Source: Protoeuglena noctilucae
Lineage: Eukaryota
Direction of reading: 5' to 3'
DNA: 64,000 nt
NCBI GenBank assembly: GCA_958009085.1
Contig: OY253668.1
Location: 1,488,001 to 1,552,000, forward strand
This document shows, piece by piece, positions 12,149 through 24,732 of the stretch. Both the position numbers and the translations under genes were made by a program. Position 1 is the stretch's first letter, and each line of letters opens with the position of its first letter. The notes beneath the pieces were generated by a model. It was given only the letters and a program-made list of their open reading frames with translations, had not been told where the DNA came from and did not search any database.

Positions 12149-14140
12149 TCAGTCGTTGTCGTCGTCGTCGAATGCATCGTCCGGGGTTTGGAATGACGCC
12201 ATGACGTCGTGCTTGCACACAGGGCACGCGCGGTTCTGCTCCAGCCAGCGATCGACGCACCCGGCGTGGAACTTGTGCATGCAGGGGAGCATCCGGACCT
12301 CCTCGCCGCCCTCGAACTCCCCCAGACACACCACGCAGACCTGGGAGACAAAGGGTAGGGCATGATGGTTCACGTGGTGCCTCCGCTGTCACTCTAACAC
12401 CCAACGCTCGCATGCGACGGTTCGCGTGCCGGCCTCTACGTCCCCCCGTCACGCCCTCGCACGCCCACTCCTCAGCGCCCCGCACCTGCTCATCCTCTTC
12501 CTCCGACGCCCTCTTCTCTCTCGCCCGGTGCGTCCACTTCGGCAGCGAGTCGATGAACCGGGCCGGGGTCCCGCGGGAACCGCCCATGAGCAGCTCCGTC
12601 AGCCGCCTCATCTCCTCCGCGGCTGACATCAGGCGCCCGCCCTCCCCAAACAGACCCCCGAAGTCATCGAGGACGGCGGGGTTCAGGGACCGGGGCTGAC
12701 CCCCTAACCCCGCCTGGTTGAAGTCCGAGAGCCCAGGCCTCTGCGTCCGGTACCCCACCATGCCGCGCGTGTTGGGGGCAGAGTCACCAAGGGACGACAG
12801 CCTGGAAAAGAATTCAATCAGTTGACCGATCGCCAGCGTCGGCGGTGTGGCTTGGGACCCGACGTCGGGCCTGTAAGGGTGCCTGGGTCCGGTGCGGGCC
12901 GCGCTTGGCCCCGCTGCACCCGTCGGGCTCCCCACCACGCCGGACGGACCGGGCGCCTCGTCCGCTGCGCCTGCCGCGGAGCCCTGGGCCGTAGCGCTGC
13001 GCAGCCGGAAGACGGGGTTCGAGGGCGTGAAGGGCGACGGCGTGAGGGGAAAGGAGGTGGAGAACGACGGGGGGCGGTCCGCAGAGCCCATATGGGAAGA
13101 CGACGCCGTGTCGGCCGCAGGTCGCGGCGCCGATGCGCCGCCCGGGGCCTGCGTCGTCGTCGCGCGGACCGTCATGGTCACGCCCTGGCTGCGCTGCTCG
13201 ACCTGAGGCGAAGGACAGGAAACATAGCGGGTCGGCGGATGGCTCATGCGTTTATCCCTGCAATCACGTGCGATGGCTCGCATGCACGGGCCGCCCATCA
13301 CACGTCAAGGTCTTGCACCTGGTACGTGCGCGTTCCGTCCGGAGCCGTAGCGACCGTCCCGACGGGCGCCCGGGGGACTGCGTCGCTCGAAGGCCCCGCA
13401 GCGGCACCGCCATTGCCAGGGGCGCCCACATCCCCAAGCAGGTGCTCCAGGAACGAAGAGATGAGGCCGCCGAGCGCCTCGACCGTCTGGTCGTCCCGGG
13501 GCGCCGGCCGGGAGGCCTGGCGGACGCCGGCGGGGGTGTCGAGCGTCGCTGGCGGCAGGGTGCGGACGGGCGGTGCGCGCACCGGCATGGCCGCGAGTCT
13601 CGGCGCGGGCGGGGGCGCGGGCCTGCCAGCTGTGGTACTGGTCGTGGAGACCTGCAAGAAAAGTGCTGAGAAGGCTCAATCAAGCAAGACTGTCCTGCTT
13701 GGAGTGCAGTGCAATCCTCCATTCCACGGCCCGATGCAGAACTTGCACAGTAAACAGCTTTCGCAAACCAGACGCACCGTGGGGGGGCCAGGGGGAGGCG
13801 GCCTGGCTTCTTGAATTGGAGGGAAGAGTGCGGGACGTGAGCTGGCCCTCTGCGTGCAAAGACAGGCCTTGCGGTGTCGGCGCGGGTCCCAAATGGGGTG
13901 TCCACAGCCAGCTTGTGAGTAAAGCGGCAATGTAGGCACCTGGCTCGGGGGCGGTGGGCGATCCACGGGCGCAGGGACTGAGGTTGGGGCGGACGGGGCT
14001 GCGGGTGCAGCGCTCTGCGACCGCTGGCGACGCCAGAGGCCACCGAAACCCCTGCGGCGCGTCTCCGAGGGCTCGCCGAAAGGCCCCGCTTGCCCGGCAT
14101 CCTCCCCGCGGCGCCGGAAAAGCTTGCCCAAGAAGCCCAT
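12149..14140 (-). CDS. RING-H2 E3 ubiquitin ligase with low-complexity N-terminus
   Basis: C-terminal CVVCLGEFEGGEEVRMLPCMHKFHAGCVDRWLEQNRACPVCK preceded by RGTPARFIDSLP; probable start MGFLGKLF at 14140. Confidence 0.85.
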
Positions 14141-14878
14141 GGGTTGGTCGGCACCCGCCCGGGCCCGAGCCGCGGCTAAGGCGGGAAGGATCCCAGGGCG
14201 AGGGTAAATATCCAGCGGAACGGACGCGTATCGACTTGAAGTTTGCGCCGGGACGAAGTCTGGTGGGGAAGGGCGCGGGGAAGGGCGCAAAGTGGACGGG
14301 CCTGCTACTGGTCCCTCTGCGTGTGGGGCAGGGACTAACGCTGTCGTAAACCTATTTGCTAAATGTCGATGTCCACATCCAGTTTTGCTTGCTTCGGGCG
14401 CGCGGGGCGAGCAGGCCAGGCCACCGTGCTACCGCACATCAGAGGGTGGCCGCTACGCTCACGCCACCACGCGTTGCTATCCGTGCAAAGCTTACCAGGT
14501 TCAGCAGAAGCAGGAACAATCTCAGGGTCCCTGAAAGGGGCGGGAGAGACGCGGCTCTGCCTGGGTTCTTGCCGAAGCGACCGCGCTCTCCACGCGCGGC
14601 GTCGGTCTTGCCGTACGCCAGTGCGTGGCCAGACAACCGGGGGAGGAGAAGAGGGAGCCCCGCCTGCTGCTGGTGGGAACCTAGTTGGCGCAACCGTTTG
14701 CTCTAAGGGTTCTTCTGCAGAGCGATGCATGCCCAGAGACAGATGTCAACAGTGGTCAGTACGCGTGCTGGAATAGATTGAAAGGCCACAGTCTCTCTTC
14801 TCGGCGTTCTCTCCTTGCAGCAGCCAGCTGCAGGCCGCCATGGTCAAACTGTCAGTTCTGGTTTCAAGCCTTTCAAAG

Positions 14879-16747
14879 CTAGGTGGCGACCGCAGGACCC
14901 CCTTGGTGCGATGCGTCCCCGTCGCCCGACCCGTCGCTCCTCTCCGTCATGGTCGGGAGCGGCGAGAAGCCGAGTGGGTCTCGCGGGGGAGTCCGCCCGA
15001 GCGGGGAAGGACCCCACCATTGCGAACTCCCCCCGCCCTTCCCACGCGCGCTCCCATTCGCCTCCCTGCCGTGTGCCGACAACCCGGGCTCTCCTTCCCC
15101 GCCACGCCCGCCCTCCGGCCCCCGGTCCCGCCGCCCGCTCCGCTCCCAGTCCGCCGACCCCCGCCACGCCCCCGGCCCGCCTGGGCCCCCCGCGACCCCT
15201 TCCGGGCGCCCGGCCCGCCCCTCCCGTGCCGGCGACCCGGGCGCGCTGCCGTCCCCGTTCGGCCGAGCCCCCGCCCCCGCCGCCATCAGGGCGCGCGCCT
15301 CCGCGAGCCCCTGCGCCAGCCGCGACCCGTGCGGCGCCGAGATGCCCAGCGACGACTTGACCTCGTGCACGCGCCGGAAGTGCTCCAGCTGCGTCTCCGG
15401 GACAATGTGCGCCACCAGCGCCGGCGTCAGCACCACCTCCGCGTCACCCACTGCGTGACCCGGGGCGGCACCCACGTCTCGCACTGCACACCCCACGCAT
15501 GAGCTCACGACAGCCGCCCACCAGCCGCCACGGCCTCTCGCCTGGGATGGTGATGGGCACGTGCACCTTGCCGTCCAGCGCGCCGTCGACGAGGCCGCGG
15601 CAGCACCCCGGGCAGAGCTTGCGCCCCCGCTCGAGCACCGCGGGCATGCCCCGGCGGAGCTCCTGGTAGCCCAGGCACAGGCGGCAGTAGTAGCCGACCT
15701 CGGCGACGATCGCGCCCATCGCTTCCAACTCGTCGAGCGAGTGATGCATGATACGGTACAAGTCCTCGTGCTCGTCGGGCTGCGGGGACAGCGCTGACAC
15801 ACGTATGAGCGTCTGGCAGCCTCGGGCTGTGTTTGGGACCATGCGGCCGGTGACGCGCGGAGATCGCTCGCCTGTGGTCCGAGGGCGCAGAGCTGCTTGA
15901 ACAACCACGTGTTGATCTCCGTGCTGGCTGCGGGGTCCCGGGACTGCTTGCGTGCCCGCGCCGTCTCCGCAAGGCGCATCGCGGCGCCGGACGCGAACGC
16001 GGACAGGGAGGCCTCGGAGATGGAGTGGTTGGCCGCGTTGCGCCCCACGCTGCTGCTGTTGGAGTTGGTGCGCTGCAGAAAGGCGATGGCCGTGCCCCTG
16101 CAGGCGAGCACCAGGGGCGCGGATATCGTTTGCAGAGAGGACTCGCGACGCAAGCGAGGTCCTCCGTAGCACGGCACCGCGCGCTCGCCTCGGGATGCCG
16201 GACAGCCTCCGCAGATGGATGTCCTGCTCGAGGCGCTGTAGCCCGGCCGCCCGGCGCGCCTCCATCAGCTGCTGCACCTTCTGCTGCAGCACATCCCGCT
16301 GCTGGCTCTGCGAGAGGAACGGCAGCGGGGGACGGTTGCGGGCGAGTCGCAAGTCGCAAGCGTGGAACGCCGCGGTCCCAGTGCACGCACCAGGGGGCGG
16401 ACGCGGTAGGCCTCCGTGACGACCGCATAGAGGCCGAGGGCCACCAGCAGCGACGTCTCCCATACGCCCCTTGCGGGGAAGAGCAGCCGCACGGCCCAGG
16501 TCAGCGTGGTGCAGAGCAGCACAAGCAAGGCCACGCGGAGGGCAGCACGCCTCAGGCGACTCCCCGCTTCATCCTGCGATGAAGGAACGGAACGATCGGC
16601 GATGCAGCGACCGGAACAGCGCGCGCGGCCCTCGGCTCGCGTTTCCTTTGCCGACTGCGTCGGTTTGCGGACCTTTTTTAACCCCCGAGGGTCGTTGTCC
16701 AGGAGACGCTGCTGCCAGCTGCGCGTGAAAATGGACACGCGTCCCAT
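14879..16747 (-). CDS. Hypothetical two-TM membrane protein with degenerate RING-like zinc motif
   Basis: Exons MGRVSIFTRSWQQRLL.., ALRVALLVLLCTTLTWAV..SLLVALGLYAVV (hydrophobic), coiled-coil-like QQKVQQLMEARR, YYCRLC..LCPGCC; 3' end uncertain. Confidence 0.6.
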
Positions 16748-17343
16748 CCTAGCGCCGGAAAGCTCGGGCGCAGACCTGCAGGGGCTCGCCGGTGACATGC
16801 ATTTAGCACCGGCCGCATGCGTTTTTCGGGCCCCCCGAAACCCCCACCAGCACGTCTGCGGCAGGGCAGGGACCCAACACAGCCCTTAAACCGCGGACGC
16901 ACCTCTCCCGCGGCCAGGAGCAGCCCCTGGCCCGGAGGGCCGGGTTCCTCCGAGAAAAGCCAACCAGCAGCGGTGCGGTTCGCGTAACCGGCCCTTTCTT
17001 TGTTCGTAAATCAATTGATCACTGCAACCACACGAGAAATTGCGCTTGAGAGACGGCTTTAAAATGTTTCTTGATTGCCCCCCGTCAGAGGGCTTTTGAG
17101 GGTGAATTGGCCCAGCAAAGGGGGCGTCTCCTGCACAATACGACGGCTGTCTTGCCGCTTGGCTCTTCCACTTCGTGCTGCTGCTGGAGTTTTTGTTGAG
17201 GGACCCGCGCAGTCCTGTGCGTGTGTGGAGAGGGCTCCTGCGAATCGCATAACTGATAGCACAAGAGAGCACATCAACGTCACTCACGCATCGCGCGGTG
17301 GATGTCCCTGGTTGCGTCGCGCATGGTGGCTGGGGGAGCCACC

Positions 17344-19022
17344 ATGCATTTGGCCCAGAAGGGCTGTCCATTCGCCGGTGGGGGGTTCCGGAAGCACGTG
17401 GGGTGAGGATATCTGCAGGATTAGTTGACACAGAGGCTCTGGGATCCGGCCTCGACGCGGTGCGCCTCGATGAGGTGGATAGCGGCCAACCCTCGCCCCT
17501 CGCCCGCCGGCGCCGCAGATGCAGCTATTTCCGACAACCTGTGCGTAACTCTCGCGGAGTGGGCTTCTTGGTGGAGGCGAAGAAGGGCCTGGCGGAGGTG
17601 GGCAGAGCGGAATTTGCGGCTGCCTGTTCCGCGCCCCCGTCCGCGGTCGCTCACGCCGATATCTCCCTGCCTGCAGCTGCTGAAGGTGCGAGGGGCCCAG
17701 CAGGAGAAGGGTCGGCTCAAGCCGGGGAAGGTCGGGCCGCCGCGACCTGTGCCGGACTCCATTCCCCGGCCGCCCTACGCCGCGACGGGTGAGGGCCCCC
17801 AGCGCCGCCGCATTCGTCCGCGGCAGTGCGGCGCGATGCAATCTTTCATTTTGAATTACCACGCAAGCTCCCCGGCCACAGGCGAGAACCCCCCGTTTGG
17901 CAAGGACCCCGAGGTCCACGACGCAGCAGGCATCGTCAAGATGCGGGCGTCGGGGCGGCTCACGGCGTCGGTCTTGCGCCGCGCAGGGGAGCTGGTCAAG
18001 CCGGGCGTGACGACGGACGCGATCGATGCCGCCGTGCACGGGTGGATTGTGGAGGCCGGCGCGTACCCATCGCCGCTCAACTACGGGCGCTTTCCAAAGG
18101 TGAAGGCTCCCTGTCCCTGGAGACGCCGGCAGCGGCACGCATCCGCGCCGGTCACTTTCCCGTCATCCGCGACCCCCTTTGCGCTCCCGCAGTCCGTGTG
18201 CACGTCGGTGAACGAGTGCCTGTGCCACGGGATCCCCGACAGCCGGCCCCTCGAGGAGGGCGACATCATCAACATCGACGTGACCGTCTATCTGGACGGC
18301 TACCACGGCGACTGCTCGAACATGTTTGTCGTGGGGAAGTGCTCGGCGGACGCACAAAGGCTCATTGATGCAAACAGGCGAGTGCGACTCGGGGGAGGCA
18401 AAGCTTGCAGGGGGTGCACGGGGTTCGACGTGCGCGTTTGAGCGAGCCGTGCGTGCGCGGGACACTGCCGCTCATGGGGACGCTGCCGCCACCCCTGCAA
18501 CCGACGCAGGGAGGCTCTGGATGAGGCGATCGCCAAGTGCGGGCCGGGGGTGCCCTTCCGGGAGATTGGGGCCGTGATCGAGACGGTGGCTCGGCGGCAT
18601 AAGGTCAACGTGTGCAAGGACTTCATCGGCCATGGCGTGGGCAAGGTGAGATGTGGCGACAGACCATAGGCATGGGTAGTGTTTCACGCCATCTCACAGG
18701 GGTCAGGAGAGGTTGCGGGGTCGCATGCGTGTGGATCACGTAGCGGAGCGCATGGTCACGCTCCAACCGAGCCTATGCGCTCTCCGCGCAGGCCTTCCAC
18801 GCCCCGCCGGCCGTGCTGCCCCATCGCAACAGCGAGCCGGGCAAGATGCAGCTGGGCCAGACCTTCACGATCGAGCCCATCTTCGTCCTCGGTTCCCCCC
18901 GCTTCCGCATTTGGAACGACCAGTGGACCGCCGTCACGCTGGATGGCAGCTGGGCCGCCCAGCACGAGCACACGGTCCTCATCACCCCCGACGGCTGCGA
19001 AATCCTGACCAAGGAAGACTAG
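17344..19022 (+). CDS. MAP1: Organellar methionine aminopeptidase type 1 (MAP1B/MAP1D-like)
   Basis: VPDSIPRPPYA, GAYPSPLNYGRFPK|SVCTSVNECLCHGIPD, NIDVTVYLDGYHGD, FIGHGVG, TFTIEP, AAQHEHTVLIT; TAG 19020-19022; start tentative. Confidence 0.93.
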
Positions 19023-19529
19023 ATCGTCTTTCAAAAACGAAGCAAAGTCCTGAAGGCCAGTGCTGAGTAGCAGCCACGTGGGGTGATAGGGGTGGCGCGG
19101 CGAACGGGGTTCGGATGGGAAAATGCGTCGCATGTCTGTCAACGAGCTGCCGCTGGCTCACACGTCTCGAAGGCTCGAGACGATGTGAAGGAACGAGAAG
19201 AGTCCCAGTCCTGCAAAGATCCAATGACGGTGCCTCCCGCCTGGTGCTATGAGAGATCGTGCTTTGCCTGCGCTGGAGGGGTCAGCCACCCGCAGCACAT
19301 GTCGCTCAGCCGACGCTCGGGGCGCACAGCAGCCCCACGAGTCGGTCGACGTCCGCGGTGAGGTCCAACTCCTCCATGTCCACGTCGCACCGCTCCTCAA
19401 TCGCCTGGAGCCACGTGATCTCCGCGGGGGTGCCCTAGGGCCAAGTTGGGGTACGTCGAGGTTAACACAACACGCGAGCGGCACTGCTGCAATCCTGCCG
19501 CTCCTCCGCATCCCCATCATGGACATGTT

Positions 19530-22500
19530 TCAGGTCCGTCTTAGGGGCTCCCCAAGCTCTCCTCGTAAGATCATGAATTGCTTTGCAAAGCCCTTTGCGC
19601 CGCGGCTCACCCCGGACAGGGTGACGATGCACCCCCGGTCCTGCACGAGCGCCGTGCGCTTGGCGTAGCTGTCGGGGGAAGGCACGTTGAAGTGCACCTC
19701 GACGGCCACGTTGGTCGCGTGCGTCTCCAGGAGTTGCGGGGCGTAGCCGACCCATGCGACTAGGACGGACGTCTTGCCCGCCGCCACGTGGGCGGGGATC
19801 CGGGCCCGGCCGTCCGTCGCGGCGCCTGGCTCCGCCACCATGTGCACGCCCCGGTACCCGCCCTTCCTGCGGATGCAATCGAACGCGGCGAGGGACATGT
19901 CACGACGTGCGCCATGGGCATAAGTGACACAGGGGCCATGGCATTGAGCGCCCGCCGGGTGTGACGCCCTGGCAAGCCCCACAAAGGGTCGGATTTCCCC
20001 GGACTGATGAGAACACGCACCTGAGGGCGTCGGCAACGCGCCCGGCCACATCCTTCATCTTGCACAGCACCAGCGTGGGTCGCGTGGCGTGCGTCTCCGG
20101 GTCTGCCGCCATCTTTAGGATGGACCGGAGCGCCTCGAGGCGCGCGGGCTCCTCCCCGGCCACGCGCAGCACGACGTGCGTTAGCCCCCGGCCGCAGCCG
20201 AGCTCAGGGAAGGACTGGCCGCGAGGCATGCCAAAGCCGACTTCCGAGCGCGGGATGCACGCCCCGGGGGACGAACCCAGGGGGCTCGGCGCCTCGTGAG
20301 ACGGCTCGGCGTGGGCCCCGTGCCTGGCGCCGTTGCCGTCCGCGGGCGCGGCGGGCAGCGTCCGCGGCAGCGACTGCGCTTGGGAGCACTGCCGCAGCCG
20401 CGACCCCACTGCGCCCGCCCCTGGCGAGGTCGCGGCGGCATCCGCGGGGTCCCACTCCACCACCAGACGCGCGGCATCCGCAGTGCCGGGTGGCGAGGGC
20501 TGCAGAGTCCCCAGGTCACCCAGCGCGGTGCTGTGAGCGGTGCGGACCACGGCTGGCTCCGACGGCCCCTCGACCGCACTCTCGCCCCGCGGGGCGAACG
20601 CCGAGAGGACCGCGCTGCGGACGCGCTGCAGCAGCCCCGTGTGCACGCTCGCCGCGCTCCCCTCCACCCCCGGCATCCCGCTCGCCCCCTCCTCCCGGTC
20701 CCCGAGACTCGTGGGGGTGACCCTGGCCGGCTTGCCCTCTTCCTCTGAGGACGACGAGTCGTGCACGATGCCCGCCGCGTCCACGGTCGCGTTGAAGTGC
20801 TCGAAGTTGAGGCGGACGCTCGTGGTCGGGTTAAGGCCCGGGGCGCCCGGGGAAAGGGACCTCCAGGCCAGGGTGACCACGTGGGCGAACTGGTGGCCGA
20901 AGCGGATAGACGACGGGCCGAACGACTTGCGCGCCTGGATGCTCCTGGACGTCGCCGGGTCGACGCCGTCCTGCGGGTGAGGAGGGATTGCACGTGAGCT
21001 CTTACTGTGCATGCGGCAGGAGGGGCGTCGACAGCCTCGTGCCCCGCTTCGCCGGCTCGCAGCTGCGCTCCTCACCAGAATTACCATCACCTCCAAGCCC
21101 ATCCTGGCGATGTCGTCCCTGTCGAGCCCGAACAGCGGGCTGCTCTCATCGATGACATGCGTCTGCAGGCACGCATACACAGCGTCAGGCATCACCAGGC
21201 TCGCTATGGATGGAAAGGCCCGCTCCCAGCCCCTCGCCACCGCCCGACACGCACCAGCGTCGCAGGCAGCCCCAGCGTCAGGTACAGGAGGCTCTCCTGC
21301 GTGTTCTCCACGGCCAGCATCTGCACGCCCACGTGTGGCGCCGCCGACCCCGCGTCACTGCGTCCGCGCGTCATCTGCGGCGCAGGTGGGGTCGAGAGCT
21401 GCATTCCCAGCCTAACAATGCTGCCCTGCCGGGCGCGGGCAGAGGCGGTGGGTCAGGGCCCTCACCGCCGTGTCCCGGAGCAGCGGGCCTCCTCCGTCCC
21501 GCGCGTCCTCGTCCACGTCCATCACGCCCGACAGGGCAGCCCTCCGGGCCAGGTCCCGCCGCTCTCGCTGCAGGTCCTCCACCAAGAGCGACGTGACGAG
21601 CTGCGTGGGGCGGCGGGCGCGTCCGCATCCGCACGGGCGTCGCGGCGAGCGCAAATCGACGCGTAGCCATGCCTCATCGCCCCCTGCGCAAGTCACCATT
21701 CGGATCTGTGGGTTGAGGATGCCGTGCGCTTTGAGGTTGGCCACGCGGCAGGACAGGCACATGCGGCCGCCCGACGCGTGCATGGTGAGGCTGCTGGAGA
21801 ACTTGATCGTCTGCGAGCGGTGCATGGGCGACGAGAAGCGGGCGAACACGACGCCCATCATGCTCGTGTTGATGAGGACAGCCGTGATGGCCTGGATCGT
21901 CACGGCGAGGTTGATAAAGAAGCAGTCGGGGTTCGGGGACATCTCCCCTCCGTACCCTGCGACGGCACCCACGAGGCGACGCGATGGGAAGAGGCTGCGG
22001 GGGCCGTGCGTTCGGAGGAATCGCCCTGCAAGGTGCCTCACCGATCGTTGCGGCCGACTGCACCGAGAACCACACCGCGTGGTCGAAGGATTGAATGCCC
22101 ATGATGCAGTCATCGGCTTGAAGGTAATAGATGACGGCGAAGCTGACGTAGAGGAGACTGCAGGCGAAACCACCAAGGACGGGCCAGCTGTCTCGGTTGC
22201 GCTCCGGCGCGTCGCGGCAGGGGGAAACGCCGGACTCCAGGGCCACACGAGGGTCATGAAATCGAAGACGAGCAAGGTGGGCCCCGGGAAAGCCCGAGAG
22301 GACCGCAGGAGCAGCGCACGAGACCCCGAACAGAGCCACGTCTGCAGGCTGCACGCACGTGTAGCTGCTGAAGAAGAAGACCATGAACTTCCACAAGGGC
22401 ATGTCAAGGAGGCTCTGGAACACGTCTGAGAAGGCGACGTCCCACAGAGACAGCCCCGTGCGCTTGATATTGAGCTTGAACGGGAGGCGCCGGTGGAGGA

Positions 22501-22552
22501 TTTTCGAGTAGCTGCTCGCCGGCAGCAGCGGCTCCCGCGCCCCCGCCGGCAT
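19530..22552 (-). CDS. Inward-rectifier potassium channel (Kir/IRK) with long C-terminal extension ending in a helicase-C-like domain
   Basis: SDVFQSLLDMPLW slide helix, M1, pore AVWFSVQSAATIG|YG, M2 GVVFARFSSP, IKFS, CLSCRVAN, HVIDESSPLFG, DGVDPATSRSIQARKS, VRLNFEHF. N-terminus may extend further upstream. Confidence 0.9.
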
Positions 22553-22699
22553 GGCGATCCCGAGCGCAGCGCAAGGCGCCGGCCCGGGCTCCCGGATGCC
22601 CCCCGAGGACGCAGCTCGGGTGTCTCGGGGAGTGGCTTGACCCCACCAGCGACCCCGGTACTCGCAGGATGTGCAGGCAGCCAATCACACGTGTATCTT

Positions 22700-23530
22700 T
22701 GCGCGGATTCCCGTGGCGGCCCGCGAGGAAGCCGACTCTGGGGTGTCAGAACGCGGCCGCGCTGGTGCAATGACAGGAAGCGCGGCGACCAGGGCGGTCG
22801 AGTTGACGAGACCACGGCGGTAGCTCCGGGCATCCTTGGAGACACGCAGACCCCGCGGAGTTCAAACTCACACAACGTCGCCCGCGTTTTCGGCTGAAGC
22901 TGACCCAGTGGGCATGGTGCCCTGACGCTGGCCCCTACGCCGCTCATGGAAGGGGCTTTGGATGTCCTTCCCGGCGGGGCGGGGCGCGCGCTCATGGCCG
23001 CGAGCGCCAAGCGCGTGGCCGGGGTGGGCCCTGCCCTGTTCGCTCTCATCTTCATAGGGTGAGCTGCGCGCACCACGCGCTTCACCTGCTTGATGACGTG
23101 GTCCACAGACCATGCTGCGGATGGGCCAGGCTCCAGATAGCCTCTGCCAGCCGTAGCCGGACGGGAGAAGAGATGCGCACGGGCGCAGGTCCTCACACCT
23201 CGTCCTCGTCTCCTCGCAGGTCCTTTTGTATGCTCCTCGTCGTCATCGGAGTACGCTCGCCCATCCCAATGTGAGCTGCCTCATGCAGGCTGACCGGTGC
23301 CACCCTCACGCGCCCCACCGGTGCTGAACGGTATGCCGCTTGTGCTTCGACACCCACAGAGCCTTCATCGCCCCCGCCATCGTCATCTTCGGCGTCGCCG
23401 CGGCCATCATCTTCACTGCGCCTCGCGGCACCGTCAAGAGCGACTACGGGACGTCGACGCAGCTGGTCGCGGCCGGCTCCGTCCTGACCGTCATGGGTGT
23501 GTGACAAGCGGCGGGGCCCCGCGACTCCTG
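22700..23530 (-). CDS. Possible low-complexity upstream exons (Kir N-terminus or a small separate gene)
   Basis: Acidic open frame ..RSEDDGRGDAEDDDGGGDEG..LRGDEDE followed by a GT donor near 23198; I could not resolve its splicing. Confidence 0.3.
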
Positions 23531-23771
23531 CGCTTGCCGATCACGCCGCGACATTCTCCCACGGAGCTGCGCGTGTTCATAATCAATCCACCCTCCCCCT
23601 GCAGGGCTCTTCAGCCTCCTGGCCCTCGTCATGCTCATGATCCACTCGTGTATCACCAAGGTCGAGGCCCGCGCCCTCAATTACCGACGGGACGTCCTCA
23701 AGCCAATCTAATGAATGCTCTAATCGTGACTTGGGGTACTAGGGAGGGCCACAAAGGGACATGTCGCCACG

Positions 23772-24732
23772 TTAGGGTGTGAAGGTGGCCCCGATGGGTG
23801 AGTTGGGCTCGGTCGTGTCCACGGAAGCGTCGCCAGATCCCCGTTTCATGACGCCGCCCCGCACCCCGAGACTCTGCGAGAACGCTTGAGTTGCATCCAG
23901 ATGTGACAAGCCCAGTGCCCTTGGCGTCAGCCCCGGCGCCGCCCCACGGCACAGCGGGCTTCGCATCACGCATGCGCACCTTTTGCCGGGTCATGGGCGG
24001 CTCCTTAGTCAGGCTGTTGGTCCTCCTCCATCGTGTGCCGCACGCGTTGCAGAGAACGGGCTTTTCGGGGGGACCTCTCCTCCACTGGGGCGACTTGGTG
24101 ACCTCACAGTTGTCGCACGGGCCGCCGGGGCGCATGGAGGACGTGGGCATCTGCGGGCGGGGTGCCTTCCCTACTCAGGTCGCGCCCGCAGGCGCACACC
24201 GACGCGCTCACTCGGGCCACTTGCGGGTGCCGCTGGCGCTCACCAGCGGCTTGGGATGCACCACGAATGGCCCGTGGCTCCTGAGATGGATGGCCGGCGT
24301 GGATGGGAGCCAAGATTCCTTGGCTCTTGCCGACAAGAGCCGGCTGAGCTCCGTCACGTCGTCCTCGGTTGCAGGTATCAGTTGCCCAGTCGTCGGGCAC
24401 CGCACATGCAGCACGTAGTCCACCTTGGTCCGCCCCAGGTAACGCCCCGCGTCGGTCGCGTCCCTTTCTGCGACCCAGAGAGGCCACGACGGGCGTCGCG
24501 CAGTGCTCGCGGCGCACCCTCACGAGCATCCGCTGAGCCCAGGCATCCCACCGTTCTCCTGGCCCGTCCCCTCGCCAGAGCCGTTGGACACGGTGCACTC
24601 GCTCAGTGGCGGGGTGCCCCCCCGCGAGAACGACATGGTGTACGGGGCCAAGGAAGCCAGGCCGGGCGTGGTTGGATTGCCAGGATCCGCTCCTGTGGAA
24701 GAGTCGATGACCTGCTTGCAAGGGGGTTCCAT
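23772..24732 (-). CDS. GATA zinc-finger transcription factor (GATA26/27-type finger)
   Basis: [34 protein letters not shown] is C-X2-C-X18-C-X2-C; start tentative. Confidence 0.85.
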
